A stretch of DNA of 64,000 bases from NCBI GenBank assembly GCA_965204725.1, contig OZ242005.1, positions 1,280,001 to 1,344,000 on the forward strand, given 5' to 3'. The DNA comes from Candidatus Latescibacterota bacterium (GTDB lineage Bacteria; Latescibacterota; UBA2968; UBA8231). A program made the translations under genes and the position numbers. Positions 46,347 to 56,285 of the stretch are shown piece after piece. The notes below the pieces were generated by a model. The model had not been told where the DNA came from and searched no databases. It saw nothing but the letters and a program-made list of their open reading frames with translations. Numbering within the stretch: the first letter of the stretch is position 1; every line of letters begins with the position of its first letter.

Positions 46347-47218
46347 GCCGCACGCGAGGCGAGAAGGTGTTCAACGTCTTTAACCTGACGCTGTTGGGCT
46401 TGGTCGGGCTGATGGCACTCTATCCTTTTGTGTACACGATCTCCATGTCGTTGAGCAGCGCGGCCGAGGCCATGCGCGCCAGCCTGCACCTGTACCCGCG
46501 GGAGATTTCCCTGACCTCGTACCGCATGGTGCTGTCCAACCCCGAGATCGTCACCGGGTTCACCAATTCCGTCCTACGCACGGTCTTGGGCACGGCACTG
46601 ACCCTCTTTTTTACGTGCCTGACGGCCTACCCGCTGGCGCGGTGCGAAATGCCCCACCGCAGTGCGCTGCTGTTCTTGGTGCTCTTCACCATGCTCTTCA
46701 GCGGCGGCATCGTACCCAACTACTTGCTGGTTAAGAACCTCGGGCTGATCGACTCAATATGGGCACTGGTGCTGCCGCAGATGCTGACGGCCTTCAACAT
46801 CATCGTGGTCAAAAACTTCTTTCAAGCCATCCCCGAAAGCCTCGCCGAGTCCGCCAAGATCGACGGGGCCAGCGAGTTTAACATCCTCTTTCGGATTTAC
46901 GTGCCCCTGTCCAAGCCGGTGCTGGCGACGATTGGGCTGTGGACGGCGGTGGCGCACTGGAACCACTGGTTCGACGCCATGCTCTACATCGCGTCGGACG
47001 AGAATCAGGTCTTGCAGACCTTTTTACAGCGGATCGTCATTGAAAACAGCATCGAGCTGATTGAGCAGGGGCTGGTTGACCCGAACATCACCGAGTTCAC
47101 GCCCGAGACGATTAAGGCCGCGACCGTGGTCGTCACCATCCTGCCGATGCTCGTGGTCTATCCGTTTGTGCAGAAGTACTTCGTGCGCGGGATCATGCTG
47201 GGGAGCGTCAAGGAGTAG
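46340..47218 (+). CDS. Carbohydrate ABC permease (LplC type)
   Basis: TMLFSGGIVPNYLLV, IPESLAESAKIDGA, YPFVQKYFVRGIMLGSVKE. Confidence 0.92.
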   Translation: MVSRTRGEKVFNVFNLTLLGLVGLMALYPFVYTISMSLSSAAEAMRASLHLYPREISLTSYRMVLSNPEIVTGFTNSVLRTVLGTALTLFFTCLTAYPLARCEMPHRSALLFLVLFTMLFSGGIVPNYLLVKNLGLIDSIWALVLPQMLTAFNIIVVKNFFQAIPESLAESAKIDGASEFNILFRIYVPLSKPVLATIGLWTAVAHWNHWFDAMLYIASDENQVLQTFLQRIVIENSIELIEQGLVDPNITEFTPETIKAATVVVTILPMLVVYPFVQKYFVRGIMLGSVKE

Positions 47219-47230
47219 ATGAGCTTGGCT

Positions 47231-48058
47231 TCACATCTGAAAGCCGCCGGCCACCACCAGCGATACGCCGGTGATGTAATCGGCTTCGTCTGAAGCGAGA
47301 AAGGCCACGGTGCGAGCCACGTCTGCGGGGGTGCCGACGCGGCCCAAAGGCGTTTGCGCCTCTAGGTCGTGGACGAGGGCGGTCGTGGCGTCGGCGTCTG
47401 GCTCGGCGCGCTCGGCGAGGCCCGCCGCAATGTAGTGGGTGCGCTCGGTGAGCGTGTTGCCCGGGCAGACGGCGTTGACGGTGATGCGGTGGGGGGCCAG
47501 CTCGCCGGCGAGGGATTGGGTAAAGCCGATGATGGCGAATTTGGACGCGCAGTACGCGGCGTAGCGCGGCAATCCTTGGCGGCCGGCCGTAGAGGACATG
47601 TTGATGATCTTGCCGCCGTCGCCGCGGTCCATCAGGTAGCGAGCTACGGCCCGCGCGCAGAGAAAGGTGCCCTTGACGTTGACGCTTTGCACTTGGTCCC
47701 AAGCCGCTTCGCTCAGATCGACGACCGGGACGCGGTCTGGCCCGGGGCGCGAGCCGGCGTTGTTGACGAGCAGGTCGATGCGGCCAAAGCGGGCGAGCGC
47801 GTCTTGGACCATGCCGTCGACTTGGGCGGCGTCCGACACGTCGGCCTCCACCGCGAGGGCCTGCCGCCCGATGGCTTCGATTTCGGCGACGAGGGCGGGC
47901 AGGCCGCCCCAACCCGACGCGCCGTAGGGCCGGGCATGTAGGTCGTTGACCACGAGGTCGCAGCCTTCGCGCGCTAGCCGCTGGCAGATAGCGCGGCCAA
48001 TGCCGTGTTCGCCGCCAGTGCCGGTGACGAGGGCGACTTTGCCGTTGAGGTTGTACAT
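47231..48058 (-). CDS. Short-chain dehydrogenase/reductase
   Basis: VTGTGGEHGIG, VNNAG, YCASK, NAVCPG. Confidence 0.93.
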   Translation of the reverse strand: MYNLNGKVALVTGTGGEHGIGRAICQRLAREGCDLVVNDLHARPYGASGWGGLPALVAEIEAIGRQALAVEADVSDAAQVDGMVQDALARFGRIDLLVNNAGSRPGPDRVPVVDLSEAAWDQVQSVNVKGTFLCARAVARYLMDRGDGGKIINMSSTAGRQGLPRYAAYCASKFAIIGFTQSLAGELAPHRITVNAVCPGNTLTERTHYIAAGLAERAEPDADATTALVHDLEAQTPLGRVGTPADVARTVAFLASDEADYITGVSLVVAGGFQM

Positions 48059-48082
48059 GATGCAATCCTTTCCTTATGTGAA

Positions 48083-48928
48083 CTAGCCTTTGACGCTCCC
48101 TAGCTGAATACCCGCCACGAGGTGGCGTTGCAAGACGACAAACAAGATCAGAATGGGCAGCACGGACATGGTCACAGCCGCCATGACGAGGTTGGTCTCT
48201 TGGCCGTAGCCTGAGTTGAAGTAGAGCAGGCCGATCGGCAGGGTGTAGCGATGGACGCTCTTCATCATTACTAGGGGCCAGAAGAAGCTGTGGTAATTGC
48301 CAATGAAGGTGAAGATGGTCAGGGTGATGAGGCCGGGTCGCGCCAGCGGCAGCACGATGTCCCAGAACAACTGCCAAGGGCTGGCCCCGTCGATCGCGGC
48401 TGCTTCGTCAAGCGAGGGCGGAATGGTCAGCATGAACTGGCGCAGTAGAAACGTGCCAAAGGCACTGAACGAGGCCGGGAGGACCAAGCCGGCGTAGGTA
48501 TCGACGAGATGGAGTTCGATCATGACTTGGTAGTTCGGAATCATCATGACGAGGGCCGGCAACATCATCGTCGCCAAGTAGAGCAGGAAGACGCGATCGC
48601 GCCCGGGCCAACGCAGGCGGGCGAAGCTGAACGCGGCGAGGGCGCTGGTGAAGACCTGTAGAAACGTCGCCCACGCAGCGACGAAGAGGCTGTTGCAGTA
48701 CCAGCGTGCGAATTGGATGCCCTCGGTGGTGAAGACCGTGCGGTAGTTCTCGAACATGAACTCGGCCGGAAACCACGTCTCCAGGCCGACCTCCTCGATC
48801 TTCTTGAGGCTCGTCAGCACCATCCAGACGAAGGGCATAATAAGCGACAGGCTCAAGGCCGCCAGCGCGAGGTGGGACGCACCCGTAGAGGCGACCCGGC
48901 TCCAGATAGCCCTGTCAGCCGTTCCCAT
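48083..48928 (-). CDS. Carbohydrate ABC permease (MalG type)
   Basis: FLLRQFMLTIPPSLDEAAAIDGAS, PLARPGL. Confidence 0.92.
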   Translation of the reverse strand: MGTADRAIWSRVASTGASHLALAALSLSLIMPFVWMVLTSLKKIEEVGLETWFPAEFMFENYRTVFTTEGIQFARWYCNSLFVAAWATFLQVFTSALAAFSFARLRWPGRDRVFLLYLATMMLPALVMMIPNYQVMIELHLVDTYAGLVLPASFSAFGTFLLRQFMLTIPPSLDEAAAIDGASPWQLFWDIVLPLARPGLITLTIFTFIGNYHSFFWPLVMMKSVHRYTLPIGLLYFNSGYGQETNLVMAAVTMSVLPILILFVVLQRHLVAGIQLGSVKG

Positions 48929-48932
48929 GGCG

Positions 48933-50411
48933 TCAGTACTCGACTCGGCGGCTGCCAAAGCGCCAGTTGAGCAGCGTAACCGCAAACACGAGGCCGAACA
49001 ACACCCAGCTAATCGCTGCGGCGTAGCCGAGCCGCCCGGTGGTGAATCCTTCGATATACACGTAGTAGCTCAGGGTGGTCGTCGAGCCGGCCGGGCCGCC
49101 CTGCGTCATGGTCCGCGCCATCTCAAAGCCGCCCTGTAGGCCGGCAATCGTGCTCATAACGACGATGAAGAAGGTCACCGGCGCGAGCTGCGGCCAAGTG
49201 ACGTGCCAGAACCGTTGAAAGCCCGAAGCACCATCGACCTCGGCCGCTTCGTACAGCTCCAAGGGCACATTGCTCAACCCCGCCAGATAGAGCAGCATGT
49301 TGTTGGAGCCCACGGCCGCCCACAGCGCCATGATCATGAGCGCCGGCTTGGCCCACAGATAGCGTCCCAACCACTCCGGGGGCGTCAACCCGTCGGCCGC
49401 CAGTTGCGGCAACGCAAAGACCACATTCCCCAGCCCGAGCAACACGAACTGCCCCACCGCGATTGCAGCGGAAAAGGTCATCCACGTCGCGAGCGATTCA
49501 GTAGGCGAGCATGGGTAAGCACACCCTTGGCGCAGGCATTGCCCCACGCCAACGGTCAGTACAGCGACCGCAGCAGCCGCGACCACGCGAGCGGCTGGCG
49601 CGTGCGCCGACCACTGCAAGCCGAGCGCGGCTGGCAGCAGCAACACGACAATTGAGGCGACGGCGGCCCAAGAGCCGACCTCGCCGTCTTGCCAAGCGCG
49701 GGCTAGCTGCCGTGTGCCGACGAGCACCAGCCCCACCATGGCGAGCGCTCCGAACCATATTCCGCCTTGAAGCCATTCGGCCGGGATGCTGCGCACCGAG
49801 TGGCCCAAGTGATCGAGCAGCGGTCGTAGGGCCGCGTTGATCGGCCCGGTCCGCGGGTTGTAGAGCTCCTTCCACAGGATGAACGTGGCCACGCCGGCCG
49901 CGAAGTGGGGGAGGTAAAACAACGTGCGATAGACGATGGAGCCGCCCAGCGTGCCAACGAGGAGAATCCCGCCGGCCAGACCGCACAGCAGCACGGTCAT
50001 GGCCGAGGTCCCGATGCCGAGCGCGACCAGTGCGAGGCTGCTGGAAACCAGCAGCGCCAGCAGGACCAGACGCACCCAGACTTGGCGATCGTCGCGGCCT
50101 AGGTTGCGATGCAGGAGCAGGGCCGCGCCCAGACTGCCGGCGATGCCGAAGGGAATCGCCATCATCAGGAACAGCGTGTTGCCGAGGTACTGCCAGAAAT
50201 CGCGGTCCATGGCCAAGCGCAGGAAGTTTTCGCTGCCAGCAAAGCGTAGCGGCTCGTCCTTGAACATGTTGTGGAGCCGCAGGTCCCAATTGGTAAAGGC
50301 GACGACCAAGCTGAACATCAGCGGCAGCAAGGTGAAGGCTAGAAAACCGAGGATGTTGGGGGCCAGAAAGGCCAGCCCGACGGCGAGCCGCCGCCGGTCG
50401 TCGTGCGTCAT
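48933..50411 (-). CDS. Carbohydrate ABC permease (MalF type) with extra membrane insertions
   Basis: FLAPNILGFLAFTLLP; LYLAGLSNVPLELYEAAEVDGAS; 492 aa. Confidence 0.88.
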   Translation of the reverse strand: MTHDDRRRLAVGLAFLAPNILGFLAFTLLPLMFSLVVAFTNWDLRLHNMFKDEPLRFAGSENFLRLAMDRDFWQYLGNTLFLMMAIPFGIAGSLGAALLLHRNLGRDDRQVWVRLVLLALLVSSSLALVALGIGTSAMTVLLCGLAGGILLVGTLGGSIVYRTLFYLPHFAAGVATFILWKELYNPRTGPINAALRPLLDHLGHSVRSIPAEWLQGGIWFGALAMVGLVLVGTRQLARAWQDGEVGSWAAVASIVVLLLPAALGLQWSAHAPAARVVAAAAVAVLTVGVGQCLRQGCAYPCSPTESLATWMTFSAAIAVGQFVLLGLGNVVFALPQLAADGLTPPEWLGRYLWAKPALMIMALWAAVGSNNMLLYLAGLSNVPLELYEAAEVDGASGFQRFWHVTWPQLAPVTFFIVVMSTIAGLQGGFEMARTMTQGGPAGSTTTLSYYVYIEGFTTGRLGYAAAISWVLFGLVFAVTLLNWRFGSRRVEY

Positions 50412-51868
50412 TCGAGCCAGCCCTTGAATGCGTAGTAGTGCTCGTGGAAGGTGTTGGCGATCCACGCGCGCGGGACCGGCTGCCCCTTGCGTCGTCGCGC
50501 GTCGATCTGCTCCTGAGTACGCATCAACTCGGCGTGGCGGCGGCGCAGGGTTGGACTCTCGCGCAGGGTGCGCTCGATCTCGTCGTTGATGCGGTCTTCA
50601 GCCTCCTGCGCCGCCTCGGCGGTCGTCGCCCGATCCGACATGACCCGCTCTAACATCTGACGCTTAATTCGCACCACGGTCGCCTTGGGCACAAAGCGGC
50701 TAATGGACGGGGCGATGGCGAGGGTTTGGGCCGCCTCCACCGGGGCCTCGTGCGCCCCCCACTCGTTTTCGTGCCCCACCGGGCGTCGATAGAGTTCGGT
50801 GCGCGTATGCTCTGGCAACGGCGGCAAGGCGTCGGCGATCCGCACGATGTGTTCGTTGTACTCTTTGGCCGCCATGAAGGCGAGGAACAGGGTGGCCTCG
50901 GGCTTGTGCTTGCTGCCGGCGTACACCGCGACTACGCGCGTGTCGATGACGCAGTTGGGAAACTCCGCGTGGGGAAAGAAGCTGACGCCAACGCGGGGCG
51001 GGTCGTCGAATTGGCGCAAACGCACCAAGCACCAGCGCCCAATGGACACCATGCCAAAGGTGCCGTCGTTGAGCAGCGACATGGAGCCGCCGATGAACCC
51101 CCCAGCCGCGGCGAACGATTCCTTCTCGGCCGCGCTGGGGAACAGATGGTCCTTATAGGTCCACTTGTAGAGCAACTCTAGGGCGCGCACGAACCCCTGT
51201 TCTCCGAGCGTCGAGCGCGTCATGGTCTCGTTGAAGACCGAGGTGCCAAAGGTGCGGTGCAAGGTTCGCAGGAGGTACTCGTTTGTGAAGTCGTCGGCAA
51301 AATAGACCGCCCGGGGATTGCCTGCCTCGTTGGCGCGCTCGACAAACTCGCGGCCTATCGCCTCAAAGGTCGGTATGTCCCAGCGTCTAGGCGGTGGCGT
51401 CATGCCGAGGGCCTCAAAGGTCTCCAAGTTCACCCAAAAGCTGGTGGTGGTGACGTTGGCGGGGAAGCCGTACTGACGCCCGTCAACGGTCAGGAGCGGT
51501 TCGAGGGCTGGCCAAGTCTTGCTCACGTCAAAGCCGAGGCTGTCGGCTGCGTCGGTGACGTCCTCGATAAGGCCGAGTTGCTGGTACCAAGGGACCGTCA
51601 CCTGCAAGATGTCGGACGCGACCCCCGACACGCCTTGGATGACGCTCTTATCGCCCGACTGGGCGACATCGAGCCGCAGCTCGACCTTGGGCTTGTCGTT
51701 GTCAATGAGCCACTGGTGGAAGAGCTCCACATCCTTGATGCGAAACGGATTGGTGCCGGTGCCAAAGTAGATGATCGGGACTTCGCTCTGGGCACCGGGC
51801 TGGGTGGCGATAATGCCGGCGGAGGCGAGCACCAGCCCCACGGCGATGGTCGCAAAGAGCCAGCGCAT
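50408..51868 (-). CDS. Carbohydrate ABC solute-binding protein
   Basis: N-terminal hydrophobic anchor, VDGRQYGFP..., WVNLETF...G, co-operonic with permeases. Confidence 0.82.
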   Translation of the reverse strand: MRWLFATIAVGLVLASAGIIATQPGAQSEVPIIYFGTGTNPFRIKDVELFHQWLIDNDKPKVELRLDVAQSGDKSVIQGVSGVASDILQVTVPWYQQLGLIEDVTDAADSLGFDVSKTWPALEPLLTVDGRQYGFPANVTTTSFWVNLETFEALGMTPPPRRWDIPTFEAIGREFVERANEAGNPRAVYFADDFTNEYLLRTLHRTFGTSVFNETMTRSTLGEQGFVRALELLYKWTYKDHLFPSAAEKESFAAAGGFIGGSMSLLNDGTFGMVSIGRWCLVRLRQFDDPPRVGVSFFPHAEFPNCVIDTRVVAVYAGSKHKPEATLFLAFMAAKEYNEHIVRIADALPPLPEHTRTELYRRPVGHENEWGAHEAPVEAAQTLAIAPSISRFVPKATVVRIKRQMLERVMSDRATTAEAAQEAEDRINDEIERTLRESPTLRRRHAELMRTQEQIDARRRKGQPVPRAWIANTFHEHYYAFKGWLE

Positions 51869-51877
51869 CCGCGGAGC

Positions 51878-53422
51878 CTAGGGCCTATTCATGGCCGGCG
51901 CGGCGGGTGGAGACGCCTCGGCGCGGAATGTTGCGAGGGCTTGGGCGGCCGCGGCCGAGTCGCCGGCCTGCCGGTACGCGAGGACGAGCCCCCGCTGGGC
52001 CGCTGGCAAATCGGGATCGTGGGCTAGCGCCTGCTCGTATCGCTGGGCCGCTATACGGGCATCGCCTTGTTGCAACTCGAGGTTCCCCAGGGCGATGAGG
52101 ACGTCGGCCGAATGCTCGGAAAACTTTAGAGCCTGTTCGTACGCCTCGCGGCTCAGGTCTATGTAGCCGCCGGTGGCGTAGGCCGTGCCTAAGTTGTACC
52201 ACGCCAAGCCATAGTCTGGCTTGAGGTTTAGGGCTTGGCGGTACGCGGCGATTGCCTCGCCGGAACGACCCAAGCGGATGTGGGCATTGCCGAGATTTTG
52301 CCAAGCCCGGGCGTTGTCTGGCTGGAGGGACAAGCCGTCGCGCAGGTGTCTTACGGTGCCCGCGTCGTGCCCGAGGCGGGCGTAGAGGCGAGCGAGGTCG
52401 AAGTGGGTGCTGGGATTGCGCCCCGGCTGAGCCAGTGCCCGCAGACGCTCGATCTCGGCCACGTGCGGCTCGATGCGCCGATGGGCCGCACGCTGCGCTT
52501 GGGCGTCTCGGCGGCGTCCCAGATGGCGGTACGCGGAAGCCAACTGCAACCGGATGTCGGGATGCACCGGGTCGAGCGCGAGCGCCCGCTCAAGCGCGGT
52601 GGTTGCCTCGGCGTACTGCTTGAGCTTGGACCGGGACACGCCGAGGCCGATGTGTGCCTCGACCGCAGCGGGGTCGAGTTGGACTGCGGTCGCAAACGCC
52701 TGCCGGGCTTCGCGGACCCGTCCTACTTGCAGGAGTGCGCGGCCGACCGCGACCTCGTAGCGGACGCTGTCCGGTGCCAAGGCGACAGCGCGTTGGAGGA
52801 GCGGCAACCCTTCGGCACAGCGTCCGAGCCGCTCGCACTGGAGAGCACCCAACGCGAAGGTCGCCTCGTGCGACGCGGGCGCCAATTCTACCGCCCGCTC
52901 CAGCGCAGTCTGCGCGGCCGCTACATCCCCGCGAGCTACCTGCACCGCGCCCATCAGCTTGTGCAGCGTAGGGCGGGCCGGGTCCAGCGCGCTCGCTTCG
53001 GCGAGCGCGTCTTGGGCGTTTGCGAGTTGCCCGAGCGCGAGCCACGCCACTGCTAGCCGCTCCAACGTCGTGGCATCGCGTTGCGCCGCGACGGCTCGCT
53101 GCGCTAGGGCGAGCGCGGTCTCGTGGTCGCGGATCCGGGCCAGCACCTCGCTAAGCCCCATCAGCGCCCCCACGTGCAGACTATCCGAGCGGAGAATCGC
53201 TTGGAACTGATCCATCGACCGATCGGTTTGCCCCAAGCTGAGCAACACGCGGGCCAGCGCCAGCCGAGTCTCGGTATCGGCGGGACGCTCGCGCAATCGT
53301 TTTTCATAGGTTAGCTGCAACCGCCCCAGCTCGTCGGCCGTGGGCGGGCGTTGGCTCTCGCACCCCCCGAGAGCTAGGATCAGGATGAGACCGTGCGCAG
53401 CGGCTCTCACAGGGGCGTCCAT
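51878..53422 (-). CDS. TPR repeat protein (probable lipoprotein)
   Basis: LALGGC lipobox-like motif; many TPRs such as AWQNLGNAH...EAIAAYRQALNLKP. Confidence 0.88.
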   Translation of the reverse strand: MDAPVRAAAHGLILILALGGCESQRPPTADELGRLQLTYEKRLRERPADTETRLALARVLLSLGQTDRSMDQFQAILRSDSLHVGALMGLSEVLARIRDHETALALAQRAVAAQRDATTLERLAVAWLALGQLANAQDALAEASALDPARPTLHKLMGAVQVARGDVAAAQTALERAVELAPASHEATFALGALQCERLGRCAEGLPLLQRAVALAPDSVRYEVAVGRALLQVGRVREARQAFATAVQLDPAAVEAHIGLGVSRSKLKQYAEATTALERALALDPVHPDIRLQLASAYRHLGRRRDAQAQRAAHRRIEPHVAEIERLRALAQPGRNPSTHFDLARLYARLGHDAGTVRHLRDGLSLQPDNARAWQNLGNAHIRLGRSGEAIAAYRQALNLKPDYGLAWYNLGTAYATGGYIDLSREAYEQALKFSEHSADVLIALGNLELQQGDARIAAQRYEQALAHDPDLPAAQRGLVLAYRQAGDSAAAAQALATFRAEASPPAAPAMNRP

Positions 53423-55131
53423 GGCTCGCCTTCTACGATGCGGACAAAGCGGCCGGCCGGCACGGTGCCTACGGCCTGCGATCCACCCGATGGCCAGCGA
53501 ATCAGGATGCTATCTACCGCCGTCCTGCGCCCGAGCCCGAAGTGTAGCCGCAGGTCGTTGTGGGACAGGTAGCTGCTGCCGCCCCGCACCTCGGCCATCT
53601 GCCGCAGATCGTCGGAGAAAACAGTGACCCGCGCCCCGATCCCGCTGCGATTGCTCCGCGTACCTTCGACCTCAACCGAGATCCAGTTGGCTCGGTTGCC
53701 GCCGTCGTTTCTGAGCAGGTGCGGACGTTGGTTGTTATTCGACACGAACAGATCGACGTCGCCGTCGTTGTCGTAGTCGGCCGCTGCGGAGCCTCGCCCC
53801 ACACCCGCTGAGAACGCCGTCAGACCGCTCGCGACCGTCGCATCGGTGAAGGTGCCGTCGCGATTGTTGAGGAAGAGCTGGTCGTGCTGGGCATAGCGCG
53901 GGCCGGCGCTGTCGAGAATCTCAATGTTGGGCTCGACGTGGCCGTTGGCGAGAAACAGATCGGGGTATCCGTCGTTGTCGATGTCGATAAAATCGGTCCC
54001 AAAGGTGAGGGTCTGATAGGTCGGCCCGCCCAGTCCGCTCGGCGCGGTGCGGTCTTCAAATCGGCCTCCCCCGGCATTGTGCAGCAGCCGGCAGGGCTCC
54101 CACTGAAAATTGCACACCCCGAGGTCGAGGCGGCCGTCGCGATCGTAATCGGCCCAATCGGTGCCCATTCCCGCCTCTGGGCTCCCGTCGGGGCTGGTCG
54201 CGACGCCGGCCGAGACTCCGATTTCGGCAAATCGGGAGCGGTCGTTGCGGAACAGGAAATTCGGCTCGTGGTCATTGGCGACGTAGAGATCGAAGTCGCC
54301 GTCGTCGTCGTAGTCGGCAAATCCCACGCCGAGTTGGCGGCCCTCTTCGGTCCAGAGACCCATTGAGCCGGTGATGTCCGTGAAACGGAGGTCGCCGTCG
54401 TTGCGGAACAGCGCCCCGGAATCGCCGGGATAGGCCCTAGGGCCGCAGTAAATCTGAATCGGCCCGCGACTGCATTCCGGGTGCTCGTCCCTGCCAATCC
54501 GCACGTCGTTGGCGACATACAGATCCAAATCGCTGTCGAGATCGATGTCGGCAAAGGCCGCGCTCGTCGAGACTCGTAGATCGCCGGTCCCCGACAGTTC
54601 GGTCGCGTCTGCAAAGCGGCCGTTACCCAAGTTGCGATAGAGCCGATTGGCACCCCAGTTGGTGACGTAGAGATCGGCGTGGCCATCGTTGTCGAGGTCC
54701 CCAACGCCGACCCCCATGCCAAAGCTGGTGTCGGCGACCCCTGCTTGGGCTGCTCTATCGACAAAGGTCCCGTCGGTCTGATTTATAAACAGAGCATTGG
54801 CCGGCCGATCCGCGGTGCGTGCGCCGTGGATCGGAGCGCTGTTGACGACGTAGAGATCGGGAAAGCCGTCGCCGTTGAAGTCGGCAAATGCGGCCCCCGA
54901 ACCATGGGTTTCGGGATAGTAGTACGACCCGGCCGCGCCATTGAAGTGGCGGAATTCGACCCCTGCTTGGGCTGCGACCTCGCTGAATCGAGGGAGGGGC
55001 CGCGCCGGTTCCTCATCGTCGCTGCAACCCGACAAAACGAGGGCTGCCACCCAAGCAACGCGCAGCATCCGACCGAGCCATGGACGATTTGGGGAGGGGC
55101 TATTGGAGGGCTGCTGTACCTTATTCATCAT
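53407..55131 (-). CDS. CRTAC1 family protein (FG-GAP repeats plus ASPIC/UnbV), probable lipoprotein
   Basis: Repeated DxDxDGxxDLYV; NRSGIGARV...GGSSYLS...LHFGLG...IRWPSG; LSGC lipobox. Start may be 55068. Confidence 0.92.
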   Translation of the reverse strand: MMNKVQQPSNSPSPNRPWLGRMLRVAWVAALVLSGCSDDEEPARPLPRFSEVAAQAGVEFRHFNGAAGSYYYPETHGSGAAFADFNGDGFPDLYVVNSAPIHGARTADRPANALFINQTDGTFVDRAAQAGVADTSFGMGVGVGDLDNDGHADLYVTNWGANRLYRNLGNGRFADATELSGTGDLRVSTSAAFADIDLDSDLDLYVANDVRIGRDEHPECSRGPIQIYCGPRAYPGDSGALFRNDGDLRFTDITGSMGLWTEEGRQLGVGFADYDDDGDFDLYVANDHEPNFLFRNDRSRFAEIGVSAGVATSPDGSPEAGMGTDWADYDRDGRLDLGVCNFQWEPCRLLHNAGGGRFEDRTAPSGLGGPTYQTLTFGTDFIDIDNDGYPDLFLANGHVEPNIEILDSAGPRYAQHDQLFLNNRDGTFTDATVASGLTAFSAGVGRGSAAADYDNDGDVDLFVSNNNQRPHLLRNDGGNRANWISVEVEGTRSNRSGIGARVTVFSDDLRQMAEVRGGSSYLSHNDLRLHFGLGRRTAVDSILIRWPSGGSQAVGTVPAGRFVRIVEGEPWTPL

Positions 55132-55186
55132 AATCGCGCTACAAGGTACTCACCTTGCAAAGCCCTATCAAGCGCGGGCCAAAGAC

Positions 55187-55215
55187 TTGAAATTTTTGTG
55201 CCAGCGTCCTAAATT
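55187..55215 (+). promoter_or_regulatory. sigma70-like promoter for the 55288 operon
   Basis: TTGAAA, 17 nt, TAAATT in the divergent intergenic region. Confidence 0.55.
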
Positions 55216-55287
55216 ACCGCCCTCGCTAACCCTACCGGCTCCCTTCGGCCAAGCGGCGAAGCGGAGACATGAACGAGAGGAGATCTC

Positions 55288-56190
55288 ATGCGGAAGAAAG
55301 CAATACTCAGCACCCTAGCCCTCGGCAGTGTGCTGCTGATGGGCCTTGCGGCCCCAGCCGCAGCGTACGAAAACTGCAACGGCGTTGGCTATTTTGCCCT
55401 GCAGGTGCCCAACCCAGAATCCATGAACCCCGATGGCGATGACAGCGACTGGGGTTGGTTCGACCCCGACTTCATCATCGGTCGCGACCAACTGTGCGAC
55501 GTGATCGGCGCAGGTGAGTTTCCAGCGCGCAGCGACCTCGACATCGCTCACCACGTGGGCTGGACCCCCGAGCCGGACAATCGGCTCTACGTATTTACGC
55601 GCGTCGTCGATGACACGCTCAACGCCGACGTCACCGAGCCGAACGACGGCTGGCACGACGACGACCTAGAGCTGATTCTCGATCCCGATCACGGAGTGTG
55701 GAACGAGGCACCGGACGCCCTCCGCACCGGGCACCAGCAGTGGACCTTTCACTACGCTCGCCCCGGTGGGTATCCCCTCGTATCCTTCCTGCGCTGGAAC
55801 CAGCCGACCGAGATGCAATGGGGCCCCGAGTCCGGGGCTGTTGAGGGGGCGGTCGTGGTCTCTCCAGCGGGCGCCGGGCACTTGTCCACGGACGTGACGG
55901 TGAATTACGAGGTTCGCATGGAGGCCTACGACCCGTACCAGCCAGATGGGCGCGACGCCAGCGTCCGCTGGATCTTTGAAGCAGGCCAGACGATTGGTAT
56001 GTCCCTGAGCCTCAATGAGGCGGACAGTGGCGGGCGAACCCACCAAATCACGACGCACATCCAAAACGGCGGTGCTCATAGTTCGGAATTCTCTTCCGAG
56101 TTCACCTTGCTGAGCACCGATGAGTACACTGCTACTGCTACTTCCGTCGATGGGAGTAGTTGGGGCGCAGTGAAGGCGTTGATGAGGTAA
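55288..56190 (+). CDS. Secreted CBM9/DOMON-like protein with C-terminal TSVxxxSWGxVK motif
   Basis: Signal peptide AAA-YEN; DGDDSDW, NRLYVFTRVVDD, DDLELILD; ends TSVDGSSWGAVKALMR. Confidence 0.75.
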   Translation: MRKKAILSTLALGSVLLMGLAAPAAAYENCNGVGYFALQVPNPESMNPDGDDSDWGWFDPDFIIGRDQLCDVIGAGEFPARSDLDIAHHVGWTPEPDNRLYVFTRVVDDTLNADVTEPNDGWHDDDLELILDPDHGVWNEAPDALRTGHQQWTFHYARPGGYPLVSFLRWNQPTEMQWGPESGAVEGAVVVSPAGAGHLSTDVTVNYEVRMEAYDPYQPDGRDASVRWIFEAGQTIGMSLSLNEADSGGRTHQITTHIQNGGAHSSEFSSEFTLLSTDEYTATATSVDGSSWGAVKALMR

Positions 56191-56217
56191 GTAAAAAGAC
56201 GCGCCTATTTGTTGCTC

Positions 56218-56252
56218 AAGGAGGGAGGGCTGTCCTCCCTCCTTAACTTTTC
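56218..56252 (+). terminator. Intra-operon hairpin (terminator or mRNA stabiliser)
   Basis: AAGGAGGGAGG-GCTGT-CCTCCCTCCTT then AACTTTTC. Confidence 0.6.
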
Positions 56253-56285
56253 TAACCCCATCCCGGACGGCGTGAAGAGGTTGTT

